Below are positions 29,828 through 40,082 of a stretch of DNA of 64,000 nt, piece by piece. This stretch comes from an uncultured bacterium. Its GTDB lineage: Bacteria > Babelota > Babeliae > Babelales > Babelaceae. Position numbers and translations under genes: made by a program. Each line of letters opens with the position of its first letter. Within the stretch, counting starts at the first letter, position 1. The stretch is from assembly GCA_963722385.1 (NCBI GenBank), contig CAVRKK010000002.1, positions 800,001 to 864,000 on the forward strand, in the 5' to 3' direction. The notes under the pieces were generated by a model. That model did not search any database and had not been told where the DNA came from. It saw only the letters and a list, made by a program, of their open reading frames with translations.

Positions 29828-30952
29828 TAGGCATCACATTTAGGTTTTAGACTTAAAGCCCAGCAAACTGTACTCAAAGAAAGTGTTATTTAAAAATTCA
29901 GCAAAATCATTTGATATTTGCTTGATATTATCGATGAAACGATTATGTGAAACATTTTTGCGAGCAGCTTTCCAAACCTTCTCTTGCGGGTTTTCTTCAG
30001 GAGCATATGCTGGAAAGTAGATTAAATCGATGTTTTTATCTCCTTTTAAAAATTCCTGGACGGCTGACCCTCGATGCCATCCTGCATTATCCCAAATCAA
30101 AAGCAATCTGCTTTTCGGATAATTACGTCTAAGCTGCTTTAACACATCTACTGTAATATACATGTTTTGTTTTTCTGTGATGAAAGCATGTTCTCGGCCT
30201 GTTTTTATGTTTAAAAACCCATAAAATGACCGATTTTCTCGTTTGCTTGTGACCTCAATTTTAGGGTACTCGCCGGCGGGCAACCAAATTTTTTGGAATG
30301 TTGTTGTTGATGAAAGAATCATTTCGTCAGCAGCGAATATCTCGATCTGATCACTATTCCAGGCTTTTTTAACTACAGGCATTACTTCTTCTTTCCATTT
30401 CTGAACCTGCTGTTCATCACATTTCTGATAAACCTTTCCAGGCTTGTGAAATGTAAAACGCGCTTCTTTAAAAATAAGATACAATGAGGTTTTTGATTTA
30501 TATTTTACATCATATTGCTCGCGAATAAGATGTCCTAATGACCAAGTTGTCCAGTAATCCTCATCAAATCCGTAATCTCGAGGAGTATTATTTTTGAGCG
30601 TCTCTAAAATTTGTGTTCGTTGGCCTTTAGTCAGCAGTGATCGAATCTTTTTTTTACGCTTGTCCCTAATCCCGTCGATTCCTTTCCGCAGAAAATTGTT
30701 TCGCAATGTAAATATTGAACTTCTTTTAAACCCAGTTAGCTCTTCAATAATTCCTAAATCGAATCTTCTATTAAGCATTAAAATCGCTTGGCTACGCAGC
30801 GATTCTTTCGTGTTTGTTTCTTTGTTTTTTGAAAATGCTTTAAGATCTTCAATTTGTGCTTGGTTTAAAACAATCTGTCTTGGCATTTTAAAACACTCCC
30901 TTTTGCCAAAACAGTTTACCGTTTTTAGTCTATTTTTAAAGTGTGATGTCTA
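29828..30952 (-). mobile_element. IS630-family element
   Basis: TIRs TAGGCATCACA / TAGACATCACA with TA on both flanks. Confidence 0.88.
29840..30886 (-). CDS. IS630 transposase
   Basis: ADE, IWDNAGWH, PAYAPEENPQEKVW. Confidence 0.93.
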   Translation of the reverse strand: MPRQIVLNQAQIEDLKAFSKNKETNTKESLRSQAILMLNRRFDLGIIEELTGFKRSSIFTLRNNFLRKGIDGIRDKRKKKIRSLLTKGQRTQILETLKNNTPRDYGFDEDYWTTWSLGHLIREQYDVKYKSKTSLYLIFKEARFTFHKPGKVYQKCDEQQVQKWKEEVMPVVKKAWNSDQIEIFAADEMILSSTTTFQKIWLPAGEYPKIEVTSKRENRSFYGFLNIKTGREHAFITEKQNMYITVDVLKQLRRNYPKSRLLLIWDNAGWHRGSAVQEFLKGDKNIDLIYFPAYAPEENPQEKVWKAARKNVSHNRFIDNIKQISNDFAEFLNNTFFEYSLLGFKSKT

Positions 30953-31914
30953 TAGAGAAATTTATCACAAAGCCAAAAATTTTTCAAAGAACTCTTGGCT
31001 TGAATTTTAAACAATTTCAGTTGCTCGTGAATAATTTAAAGCCATTATGGGCAACAGCGGAAGAAAGCAGAAAGGCGCATAAGGTGCGTAAACGAAAGAT
31101 TGGAGGAGGCCGCCTATATCACTGCAAAACATTAACTGAAATGGTGATAATAGTGCTGTTGTACTACAAAGCTTATGTGACACAAGAATTTGTTGGGTTA
31201 ATGGTAGGCTTGGACCAAGGAAATATATCAAGATTACTCAAAAAAATGCTGCCTCTGATTGAACAAGCAGCGGATCCGGAATTAGCCAGATATTTGGCAA
31301 ACGCAAAAGAAGAATTTGCGAAAATTCCCGTACAAAACCGGATTAACGAATGGAACGCTTTTTTGAAAAAATACCCTGATCTAAAGGAAGCATCTACAGA
31401 TGCTACTGAACAGCAATGTTATCGTTCGACTGATTACGAAATGCAAAAGAAGCATTACTCAGGCAAAATAAAGACGCATTCGCTGAAAACGCAGATTTCG
31501 GTTTCGCAAACAGGACGCATTCTTGATATATCAAAAACGGTTCCCGGCAGCATACATGATAAAAAGCTTGCCGATGATGAGCATACGGTAGAAAGGTTCC
31601 CAGAAAAGACCGCTCAACGCTTGGATTCAGGATATCAGGGTATTGCAACAGAAAATCCAGCTTTCTACATCATTCTCCCTCACAAAAAACAGCGCGGCAA
31701 AGAGCTTTCTCCGCAAGCAAAAGAGCTTAATCACGCGCACAATAAAAGACGTGTTATTGTTGAAAATGTGTTATCGCGCATAAAAAAATTCAAAATTTGT
31801 TCCGGATTATACCGAGGTGTTATTAACGATTATAACTCTTTATTCAGAAACATTGCTGCATTGGTTAATTTCAGATTAGCTACCGCTTTTATAACAATGG
31901 TTCGGACAAGTTAA
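30946..31914 (+). CDS. IS5/ISL2-like transposase (DDE_Tnp_4-type)
   Basis: RKRKIGGGR, DATEQ, YSGK.KTH, HD, DSGYQG, RVIVENV..RIK. Confidence 0.88.
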   Translation: MSIEKFITKPKIFQRTLGLNFKQFQLLVNNLKPLWATAEESRKAHKVRKRKIGGGRLYHCKTLTEMVIIVLLYYKAYVTQEFVGLMVGLDQGNISRLLKKMLPLIEQAADPELARYLANAKEEFAKIPVQNRINEWNAFLKKYPDLKEASTDATEQQCYRSTDYEMQKKHYSGKIKTHSLKTQISVSQTGRILDISKTVPGSIHDKKLADDEHTVERFPEKTAQRLDSGYQGIATENPAFYIILPHKKQRGKELSPQAKELNHAHNKRRVIVENVLSRIKKFKICSGLYRGVINDYNSLFRNIAALVNFRLATAFITMVRTS

Positions 31915-33240
31915 CCATGGATAGACCCAAGACTCAGGGCTTGATTATAGGCTGGATGTGATTTAAATTCAAGTAAGTTCAAACCAAAGATTGAAAAAAA
32001 TGATCTAATCAAGGTTTCATTATGAAACCGCACCTTCCAACTTGCCATCGAAAATGGGATGGTTTTTGACATGGCGCTCGCTTCTTGTCGATCCTGAATT
32101 TTAATAAGATTAAGAGCCATAAAGCTGGCATTGAAATGAAAATGAAGACTTTCTTTGTAACGCGCTTGGCAATCACTTAATCCTGCAAACTGCTTGGCAT
32201 CCCGAATTGAAAATTCGATTTGAAACCGCGTTGAGTAATACTGATAAATTTTTGATGCTGTATCTGTTGAGAAAAGAATAGCTTGACGGTATTTATTAGC
32301 ACTAATTGCTTGACGAACTAATACAATTCGAATGTTTTGCTCAAGCGAGATGCTTTTTACAATTGCTGTATATAACTGAATCTCTTTGCCGTTATCCTCT
32401 TCTATGCCTACAAATTCGAGTGCTTGCAGATTATTGATATCAAATTTAGCGGAGTAAAGCCTCTTCCGACCACGTGCATTTTGCTTGCCGTGGTATAAGT
32501 AACGTAAATTTGCATCTTTTCGCAATTTGCCGATCACATGCAAATCAAGCAAACGCACACCTTCGATAAATCTTTTTTTTGTAAAAAATGCATCGACCGT
32601 TAAGTAAAGCACATCGGAAGATAGGTACTTTCTGTCTTCTGTGATATGAGCTAAATACGCATCAATACGGTTGTCTGAATGTTTGCTGGTATCTTTTTGT
32701 TCTTTCTTGTTTACTTTGGGAAACGATGGTGTTTGCCGGGCTGAATTAATATATGCAGTATTCTGCTTGATATCAACTGTTGCCAAAACAGAGACCTCTA
32801 GGCCCTTTTCTGATCGTCCAGCTGTTCCACTCCAAAAACTACCGTGACCATATGTTGCCTTGCCTGACTTTGGTACAAACACTGGATCAAATGCAGCAAC
32901 ACGTTCCAATGGAGTACTACCTTCTTTTTGCTCCTCAAGAAGTAATTGATTAAAGTAAGCAAAATTAAAATATTTTCGAAAGTTCCGCGAGAAAGTTTTC
33001 TCTGAATAATTGCTATAGCGGCTCATATTGAGAAAGTTAGCTCGCCCATATACGCTAACGATTATTTCCATCAACATGCCGATAAATTCTTTTTGTTGCT
33101 TGCGAATTCCTACCATTTTGTTTAAAATTATTTCTACGAGCTTCATTCCTACATCCTGATTTTTTAGTTTTTTCCGATAAAAAAATCTAACATGTAGTTG
33201 TTTGAAGCTCAACTTATTTTAAAATCTGTCCGAACCATTG
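31895..33240 (-). mobile_element. IS4/IS701-like element
   Basis: Perfect 14 bp TIR CAATGGTTCGGACA; flanks TTTTATAA / TTTTTTAA. Confidence 0.88.
31911..33146 (-). CDS. DDE transposase
   Basis: AFDP.FVPKSGK.T, VDAFF, RFQIEFSIRDAKQFAGLSDCQAR. Confidence 0.9.
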   Translation of the reverse strand: MKLVEIILNKMVGIRKQQKEFIGMLMEIIVSVYGRANFLNMSRYSNYSEKTFSRNFRKYFNFAYFNQLLLEEQKEGSTPLERVAAFDPVFVPKSGKATYGHGSFWSGTAGRSEKGLEVSVLATVDIKQNTAYINSARQTPSFPKVNKKEQKDTSKHSDNRIDAYLAHITEDRKYLSSDVLYLTVDAFFTKKRFIEGVRLLDLHVIGKLRKDANLRYLYHGKQNARGRKRLYSAKFDINNLQALEFVGIEEDNGKEIQLYTAIVKSISLEQNIRIVLVRQAISANKYRQAILFSTDTASKIYQYYSTRFQIEFSIRDAKQFAGLSDCQARYKESLHFHFNASFMALNLIKIQDRQEASAMSKTIPFSMASWKVRFHNETLIRSFFSIFGLNLLEFKSHPAYNQALSLGSIHG

Positions 33241-33537
33241 TTTTTTAAAGAAGCTAAGAATAAAATCTCCTACGCGGAGGGCGGATAAGGGAGATCTTCC
33301 CTTATCTATCCCAGAAGCTGCGTTGCAATGGTTAAACGACCTAACGTACGCCCACGTACGCTAGGTCATAGCATTCGCTCACCTAAGCTACTCCATGGCT
33401 TAAGTGAGCGAAAAAGGCAATCAGCAGTGGATTTGGCTCCACACTTAAAAATAGTTGCATCTTAATTAAAAAGATATTAAGTTGATATAATCTATAATTG
33501 CAAATCAGAACATGAGCTCTTGCACAAGGGGATAGTA

Positions 33538-34710
33538 ATGAGAAAAATCATATCTTTTGCTCTAATAACCGCTCTCTTAGCCACACAACTATGGTCAAAG
33601 CCAATCATTGAAAAGCGAGCACATGTACCATTACCTAAAAATACTAACTGGACTTATCAAGCTACCTTAAGCCAAAAAATAGCAAACTCAGGCGAGGGAA
33701 ACTCAGTAGCGCTATCAGGGGATGGAGCAACTTTAGCAGTTATGGGTGATAGTGCCCAGATTTACCACTGGTCAGGATCATCATGGATACATGAAACAAC
33801 TTTAACTCAAAGCGGGTCCGTAGTAGCATTATCCAAGGATGGTAAAACGCTTGCGATTGGCGACCCTGACTTTAACAACAGCGGGGCAATTTTCCTTTAC
33901 TATAAATTTGATTCCGCATGGCGTTATTGGACCATGCTTACCCAGGGGATAGAAAATGCCTACGAGGGTTATTCAATTGCTTTATCAGATAGTGGAGATG
34001 TACTTTTAGCTGGGTTACCTGGTTCTAATAATGGCGCCGGTTCACTCGCAGTTTACCAAATAGCTAATCAAACGTGGTTCCATTTTGCTACTTTTAGCCA
34101 AGGAGTCCCAAACGCACAGGAAGGATTAGCTGTTGCATTATCATCCAATTTTCAAACAATTGCCGCAGGATCTCCAAGTTTTAATATGAGTGCGGGAGCA
34201 ACACAAATTTATACCAAGTACTATTTTACCTGGAGATATAATACTACCTTAACACAAGCCATCCCTAACGCTAAAGAAGGCAGGGCACTTTCACTTTCTG
34301 CAGATGGAAACCTCCTTGCTGTTGGTTCACCTCACTGTTGGTCAAATAGTGTAGCGTATACAGGAATAACATATATATATCAAAATCAAGCAGGCAACTG
34401 GCGCTATCAAGCAGGCCTATCGCTCCAAGAACCCTATTCCTATGAAGGAACGGCTGTAGCGCTATCGGCAGATGGTACAACATTAATGGCAGGTGCTCCC
34501 CAATTAGGCACTCCTTTTGAACCATGGACAATCGGAGGTACGCAAGTATATGTTAGGTCAAGCGATGCGTGGTGGCACTTAACAACGTTAACTCAAAAAA
34601 AAGGTGGCGATGAAGGATTTTCAGTAGCACTTTCTAATACTACCTTTGCTGCTGGAGCTCCTACATTATGGGAAAATACGGGAGCAACACAAATCTATAC
34701 CGCATCATAG
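33538..34710 (+). CDS. Secreted beta-propeller protein with FG-GAP-like repeats
   Basis: Repeated EG.xVALS.DG.TLA.GxP...GAxQIY units; signal peptide. Confidence 0.8.
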   Translation: MRKIISFALITALLATQLWSKPIIEKRAHVPLPKNTNWTYQATLSQKIANSGEGNSVALSGDGATLAVMGDSAQIYHWSGSSWIHETTLTQSGSVVALSKDGKTLAIGDPDFNNSGAIFLYYKFDSAWRYWTMLTQGIENAYEGYSIALSDSGDVLLAGLPGSNNGAGSLAVYQIANQTWFHFATFSQGVPNAQEGLAVALSSNFQTIAAGSPSFNMSAGATQIYTKYYFTWRYNTTLTQAIPNAKEGRALSLSADGNLLAVGSPHCWSNSVAYTGITYIYQNQAGNWRYQAGLSLQEPYSYEGTAVALSADGTTLMAGAPQLGTPFEPWTIGGTQVYVRSSDAWWHLTTLTQKKGGDEGFSVALSNTTFAAGAPTLWENTGATQIYTAS

Positions 34711-34763
34711 CGAAGATTCATATTTTATACGCCTATCACAAATTCAACTCAAAGGAGTGTACG

Positions 34764-36023
34764 ATGAAAATTGCTGTTTTCCTAAGCGTACTATTGAGCG
34801 GGAGTAGCTTAATAAATGCCGGTTGCTCTATGAATGAAGTATCATATGCTTTACCAGCTGATTCTACTAATCCTAACTCCGTCGCCTTTTCGCCAAATGG
34901 TCTTTATTGTGCTACCGCTAATACAGGGTCAAATAATGTAACAATATATCAAGTAGGAGAAGGGGGCAACCTATCGGGAGGGACATCGTATGCATTACCA
35001 TCAGGATCTACTAATCCTTATTCGGTAGCTTTTTCTCCTAATGGCTCATATCTTGCTGTCGCTAGGAACCCTAGTAGTAACAATGCAGCTGATATAGTAA
35101 TATTTCAAGTAGCTAGTGATGGGGTTCTCAGCAACGGTACATCATATCAACTACCTTCAGGAGCTTATGGCGCTCAATCACTTGCATTTTCTCCTAATGG
35201 GTTATACCTAGCTGTTGCTAATAATACGTCAGGGACCATAACCATATTCCAAGTAGAAACAGGAGGAGTTCTCAATAACGGTCAATCATATCCACTAGAC
35301 GTTGCTGGTAACGGTCCCTGGTCAGTAGCATTTTCACCTAATGGCTTATATCTTGCCACGGCTTACGGAACTTCTACCGTGACTGCCTGGAACGGTGTAG
35401 TAATGTTTCAAGTAAGTTCAACAGGTGAATTAAGTGGGCGAACTTCTTATACCTTACCTTCTAATTCACTATTTCCTCAATCAATAGTATTTTCACCTAA
35501 TGGATTATACCTCGCTACCGCTAACTTTTATTCGAATGATGTAACAGTATTTCAAGTACAGCCCAATGGAGTCCTATCAAAGGGAATCTCTTACTCTTTA
35601 CCAAGTTATAATGATCAAAATCCCGCATCAGTAGCGTTTTCACTTAATGGCGCATATCTTGCTACCGTTAATGAATTTTCGAATGGTATAACGCTATTTC
35701 ATGTAGGGCTAGGAGGCATATTATCAGGAGGGGCTTCTTATGCGTTACCAAGCGGATCTAGCCAGCCTGGATCAGTAGCATTTTCACCAGATGGCTCCTA
35801 TCTAGTTACTGCTAACTTTAACTCAAATAATGTCACTGTATTTAATACAACATTAGAATGCGCCCCAAGCGGTGGCTTTAGCTGCGATACTCCTTGCATT
35901 ATAGGAGTTAGTGTTGGTGGTGGAGCTGTAGTAACTCTCTGCGCTGGACTAATTGGTGGATTTTTACTAAAAAGATATATATCAAATCGTGCTCCGGATG
36001 AACATGTTAAGTTGCTTAACTAA
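34764..36023 (+). CDS. Membrane-anchored lactonase-like beta-propeller protein
   Basis: Seven SY.LP..S..P.SVAFSPNG.YLA repeats; signal peptide; C-terminal TM. Confidence 0.85.
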   Translation: MKIAVFLSVLLSGSSLINAGCSMNEVSYALPADSTNPNSVAFSPNGLYCATANTGSNNVTIYQVGEGGNLSGGTSYALPSGSTNPYSVAFSPNGSYLAVARNPSSNNAADIVIFQVASDGVLSNGTSYQLPSGAYGAQSLAFSPNGLYLAVANNTSGTITIFQVETGGVLNNGQSYPLDVAGNGPWSVAFSPNGLYLATAYGTSTVTAWNGVVMFQVSSTGELSGRTSYTLPSNSLFPQSIVFSPNGLYLATANFYSNDVTVFQVQPNGVLSKGISYSLPSYNDQNPASVAFSLNGAYLATVNEFSNGITLFHVGLGGILSGGASYALPSGSSQPGSVAFSPDGSYLVTANFNSNNVTVFNTTLECAPSGGFSCDTPCIIGVSVGGGAVVTLCAGLIGGFLLKRYISNRAPDEHVKLLN

Positions 36024-36218
36024 ATAGGTAAATTCTAGATTGATAATAATAAGTAATACTTCAATAAAGACTTAAATTGCTTTTAAAGAAGCACATACCG
36101 AAATCGCTAAAAGCTACGGCGCTTCCATAAGCTTAAGCTTGTAAAGATAGCATTATCTTCTCTAGCCATATCCCAGCTTGGCGATATCAGCTTTCGTACT
36201 TATGCGGTTACTTAGCAG

Positions 36219-36623
36219 CTAAATCCCAAAGCTAAGGCGAGCGGGACTAAAAAGAACAGACTCTATAAGCTGGGCATGCTCTCGTCGCAATTCTTCCCCT
36301 GTGATCTGGGTTGTGCCTTGTAGTTTTTCTCGACGTACCCAACGTATAATATTATCTACCAACCAAGGCCCAGAATCCCTATCACCTGCTGAATGAGATG
36401 AAGTATTTTCTCTAAATCGGAGATACTTCATTAGTATAAAGAGCTCTTTGAAGCATTTTTTGAGTGATTCTGGCTCATAGAGCTGTGAGATGATCCATTC
36501 AATATTATAAAGCTTAGGATCTTTCTCACTTTGCTGTATAATCAATCCTATCCAATAACCACTCGGTAACGCTGCACTAGTCAAATTAATAGGAATTGTT
36601 GGAATGGAAATGGTAGGTTGCAA
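36219..36623 (-). CDS. Hypothetical protein, probably a 5'-truncated fragment
   Basis: 134-codon ORF, TTG start without a clear RBS. Confidence 0.3.
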   Translation of the reverse strand: MQPTISIPTIPINLTSAALPSGYWIGLIIQQSEKDPKLYNIEWIISQLYEPESLKKCFKELFILMKYLRFRENTSSHSAGDRDSGPWLVDNIIRWVRREKLQGTTQITGEELRREHAQLIESVLFSPARLSFGI

Positions 36624-36629
36624 AGTCCA

Positions 36630-36782
36630 TTAAGACTTGATTCAGATCCCTCGAGAGGCCCTCATATTAACGTAGTTGATTTTCGACTTGGTAAAAAAGA
36701 AAGAGGCGTTGTAAACATAGTTATCCGATCTGAGCGCGACTTAAACACTGCTCTCAATTTATTAACGCATCTTAATAAATAA
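36630..36782 (+). pseudogene. C-terminal fragment of a CdiA-CT-like polymorphic RNase toxin
   Basis: Manual translation LRLDSDPSRGPHINVVDFRLGKKERG...LLTHLNK*; no start codon. Confidence 0.6.
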
Positions 36783-36812
36783 TTAAAAAAATAGTTATAT
36801 AAGGAGCTGACG

Positions 36813-37455
36813 ATGTCCACTTTGTTTGAAGATTATATGAATGAAATTGATCCGAGACGAAGAACGATACTTTCACGATCAAGCGCAAATGAAATCGATG
36901 AAGTTTTAACCAAAATGTTCCCTTTTGTTTTATGGGGAAGGGTAAATTGGGAAAAAGTGAATGAGAAAACATTGATTGATCTTGAAAAACCCCTTCTAGA
37001 ACAAATTTATCAATTTCTAGATCAGCACGGTCTCAACATTGCGGAAGCAGATAATTGCGTATATAATTTGGGATGACGGTTCTTTACCAGCTGTAAAAAC
37101 AGAAGCGAAAGATGCTATTACCTTTCTGCAAAATACCCTTGATTATCAGGGAGATAGTGTTTGGATATTTTCACCTAGCAAAAGATACGTCATAGAGTTA
37201 GTTTTTTCATGAGGAGAAATCATAGCAGGAATCGCGCCAGATTTAAATATTAAGCTAGAAGCGGCTTATAAGAATTTTTTACAGACCAAAATAAAAAAAG
37301 AAGAATTCCCTCTTGAGTATAGAAATATTATTAGCGACATTATAAGCGTCGGGGAAGATATAGCAAAGCTAGCAGCACGTATTCTTGCTCATGAAGAAAT
37401 AGAAGACGCTGATAAGCTTGTTATACAAAAGAAATATTTGACTAAATCCGCTTAG
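36813..37455 (+). pseudogene. CdiI-like toxin immunity protein, frameshifted
   Basis: AAGGAG RBS; MSTLFE...FPF..WGRVNW; continues in shifted frames VYIIWDDGSLP...WIFSPSKRYVIE...GEI. Confidence 0.65.
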
Positions 37456-37467
37456 CGTGTTCCTCTA

Positions 37468-38322
37468 GGCTCTGTTGACTTTAGCTAAAATAAGATTTTT
37501 AGGGTATGATAGCACCGAAAAAAAAGGATGCAAAATCTTTTATTAATCGGTACTATCATGAAAGTAGAGTATATCAGCAAAATGGCGTGGAGCAAAATTT
37601 TAACTTTTTTAAAAAATATTAAGAGTATACGTATAGGTAAAGAAGAAAACTGCAAAATGTTTCTAGAATCGATATATTGGCTTGCAAAAACAGGAGCGCA
37701 ATGGAGGGAGATTCCAGAACAATATGGCAAATGGAATAGCATATTCAAAAGGTTTAATTCCTGGTCAAGGAAGCAGGTATGGCAAGGCTTGCTTGATTTT
37801 TGCGTCCAAGATCCTGATTTGGAATATATTATGATTGACTCAACAATAATACGAGCACACGCTTGCGCGGCTGGTTATGGAAACCAAGAAGCCGAAGGCC
37901 TCGGTCGTAGTAAAGGTGGATTCACCAGTAAAATTCATGCAAAAGTTGATGCTTTAGGCAACCCATTGCAGTTTGTTATTACCGCTGGCCAGCGCAATGA
38001 CATCACGCAGGCTGATATATTATTAAAAGATATAGCCGATTGTTACATAATAGCTGATAGAGGTTACCATTCAAATGCCCTTCGAGATAATCTTATTCAA
38101 AGGAATTGTCAACCTGTTATACCGCCTAAAATTAATAGCAGAACTCATTATGAATATGATAAGCACATCTATAAAGAACGTCATGTCATTGAATGTTTCT
38201 TTTCAAAGATAAAATATTTCAGGCGTATCTTCTCTCGCTTTGATAAATCGGCGCGAAATTTCCTCGCCTTTTTATCTTTTGTTGGGGTTTTTATATGGTT
38301 AAGATAATAAGTCAACAGAGCC
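37468..38322 (+). mobile_element. IS5-family element
   Basis: Perfect TIR GGCTCTGTTGACTT; TA duplicated within CTAG. Confidence 0.92.
37528..38307 (+). CDS. IS5-family transposase
   Basis: TGAQWREIP, IDST, GRSKGGFTSKIH, ADRGY, YKERHVIE. Confidence 0.93.
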   Translation: MQNLLLIGTIMKVEYISKMAWSKILTFLKNIKSIRIGKEENCKMFLESIYWLAKTGAQWREIPEQYGKWNSIFKRFNSWSRKQVWQGLLDFCVQDPDLEYIMIDSTIIRAHACAAGYGNQEAEGLGRSKGGFTSKIHAKVDALGNPLQFVITAGQRNDITQADILLKDIADCYIIADRGYHSNALRDNLIQRNCQPVIPPKINSRTHYEYDKHIYKERHVIECFFSKIKYFRRIFSRFDKSARNFLAFLSFVGVFIWLR

Positions 38323-38651
38323 TAGGCAAAAAGCCTTTGCAAGACATCCAGAATTTCCTCTGCTTGGGATTGGGTAATGCTACCAAGCCTTTTAACCAAG
38401 CGAGCTTTATCGACGGTTCTTATTTGATCTAAAACAATTTGCCCTGCTTTATTCATAAATTCACAATAGATTCTGGTTGGGTAATCTCTGCCTTTGGTAG
38501 TCATTGGAGCAATAATAACAGTGCGTATAGAATCATTAAGCTCATCTGGAGATATGATAAGGCATGGTCTTGTTTTATTTATTTCGCATCCTTGCGTTGG
38601 ATCTAAGGATACTAAGAAAACGTCAAATTGGCGAATAATTACCATTCCCAC
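38322..38651 (-). CDS. PemK/MazF-family toxin
   Basis: LDPTQGCEINKTRPCLIISP, DQIRTVDK.RL. Confidence 0.93.
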   Translation of the reverse strand: MGMVIIRQFDVFLVSLDPTQGCEINKTRPCLIISPDELNDSIRTVIIAPMTTKGRDYPTRIYCEFMNKAGQIVLDQIRTVDKARLVKRLGSITQSQAEEILDVLQRLFA

Positions 38652-38890
38652 TCATCCTTATCAAAGGCTGACTCAATGTAATCCGCATCAACTAACTTAT
38701 CATCACCATGTTGAGCCATTTTCTTGAATGCTTCCTTCCAGCCATGGCGAGGATCGGGTACAGCTGATAGTATTAATTTGCAGTCTTCAACAGTGGCAAT
38801 AACTTTACCTTTAAAGCCACATTGCTTGAGTAATGCTTTTGGTATCCTTATGCCTTGAGAATTGCCTATAGTAATCAGTATCAGTTTCAT
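38639..38890 (-). CDS. AbrB/MazE-family antitoxin
   Basis: IGNSQGIRIPK; overlaps the toxin start. Confidence 0.92.
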   Translation of the reverse strand: MKLILITIGNSQGIRIPKALLKQCGFKGKVIATVEDCKLILSAVPDPRHGWKEAFKKMAQHGDDKLVDADYIESAFDKDEWEW

Positions 38891-38966
38891 GATTAACCTT
38901 TCACTTGTAATTACAAAGTAATTATATCATGGTCTAGAGGGAAGAGTCAAGCGTGAGCGTGTTTCA

Positions 38967-39494
38967 GTGAGTTTTGAATATGGCCTTACGATAGCAAGCC
39001 CTTTTCGCTTCATTATTTTGGCGTCACAAGACTTTAACGATGTTAAATTTGATGAGTTTGCCTTATATCACGAGATTGGGCACCTGTATTATCATCATGT
39101 GTTCAAAAGAACGATAAATTCTCGTTCGAATTTCCTTGCTGCTCCTCTTGCCCTGGTTGGAAGTTTAATCGGATTAATATCAATTCCTGTAGCATTTGGA
39201 GCCCTAATGATTGCCGCCGTTAATATTGTTATAACAACGGCTTATGAACGTTCGCAAGAGCGAGAAGCAGATCTTTTTGCTTGTGATCAACTTATTAAGC
39301 AAGGGCGAGCAGATCTGGTTTATAAAGAAGTTGAATACCCTCGCGGAAGCCCTGAACATCATGAAAAGACCTATCAAGTATGGCCCTATCTCAGCGAAAC
39401 CCATCCAAGTTTTCCTGAAAAGCGGCTCTATTTGAAAGAATGCTTAAAAAAGCATGGTTTTTCAATGACAGATACTCAAGCTGTAAAGGCTTGA
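38967..39494 (+). CDS. M48-like zinc metallopeptidase, probably N-truncated
   Basis: HEIGH, E.EAD, THP. Confidence 0.7.
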   Translation: MSFEYGLTIASPFRFIILASQDFNDVKFDEFALYHEIGHLYYHHVFKRTINSRSNFLAAPLALVGSLIGLISIPVAFGALMIAAVNIVITTAYERSQEREADLFACDQLIKQGRADLVYKEVEYPRGSPEHHEKTYQVWPYLSETHPSFPEKRLYLKECLKKHGFSMTDTQAVKA

Positions 39495-39914
39495 GCGAAC
39501 CTCCATTACCTTTATGTTGTAAGCACTTGGTTTTTTAACGTAGACAAGAAAGAAAAGGCCATATCTCTTATGTTGAGCTTTTTTTACTATATCATAGGCT
39601 GCTAAAATTTTTTTACGTTGGACTTGTTGGTCCTTGCTGGAATCGAGGAAATCAAAATCAAAATCAACAGAAAGCGCGGTAACTCATAGAAGAGAAGAGC
39701 AGCAGCACCTCCCTTAAATCAAAGCATGATGCCTAAACGATGCTTCAGGAAAAAGCGAAATTAGTCTTAAACAAAGTCCTCACAAGCTACAAGTTATTAC
39801 GAAAACCTTTGGTGAATTTTGCAATGATAAAATGTTGTTAATGACCTTTCTATTGACTTTTTTTCCAATATATTGGAGAGTAGCATTTAGAAAAGTTTAC
39901 AAACTTTATTAAAC

Positions 39915-40082
39915 TCCTGAGTATGATGCTTGGCTTGAACAACAGACATTTAAGTCGCAAGGGCAGGTTGCTGGCGCCTTTCTAAAATAGAATTGAGGGA
40001 TATTTTGGCAATCACAAGCTGCTTGAAGATAATGTTTGGGAGCTAAACTAGGAAAATGGCACAAGAGTTATTATGCCTATAT
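39915..40082 (+). pseudogene. Decayed RelE/HI1419-like toxin
   Basis: Pieces TPEYDAWLEQQ, GYFGNHKLLEDNVWEL, YYAY broken by indels and stops. Confidence 0.55.

Larger units (their letters stand above)
29676..33282 (+). mobile_element. IS5-family (ISL2-like) element containing two nested IS
   Basis: Imperfect TIRs ACATCCGCGCAGAATA / CCCTCCGCGTAGGAGA (reverse complement); exact ends approximate. Confidence 0.6.

Noticed and set aside
24437..34769. Shared CAAAGGAGT(A/G)TACGATGAAA at two gene starts
   Set aside because: Mostly RBS plus MK start; too short to establish common origin.
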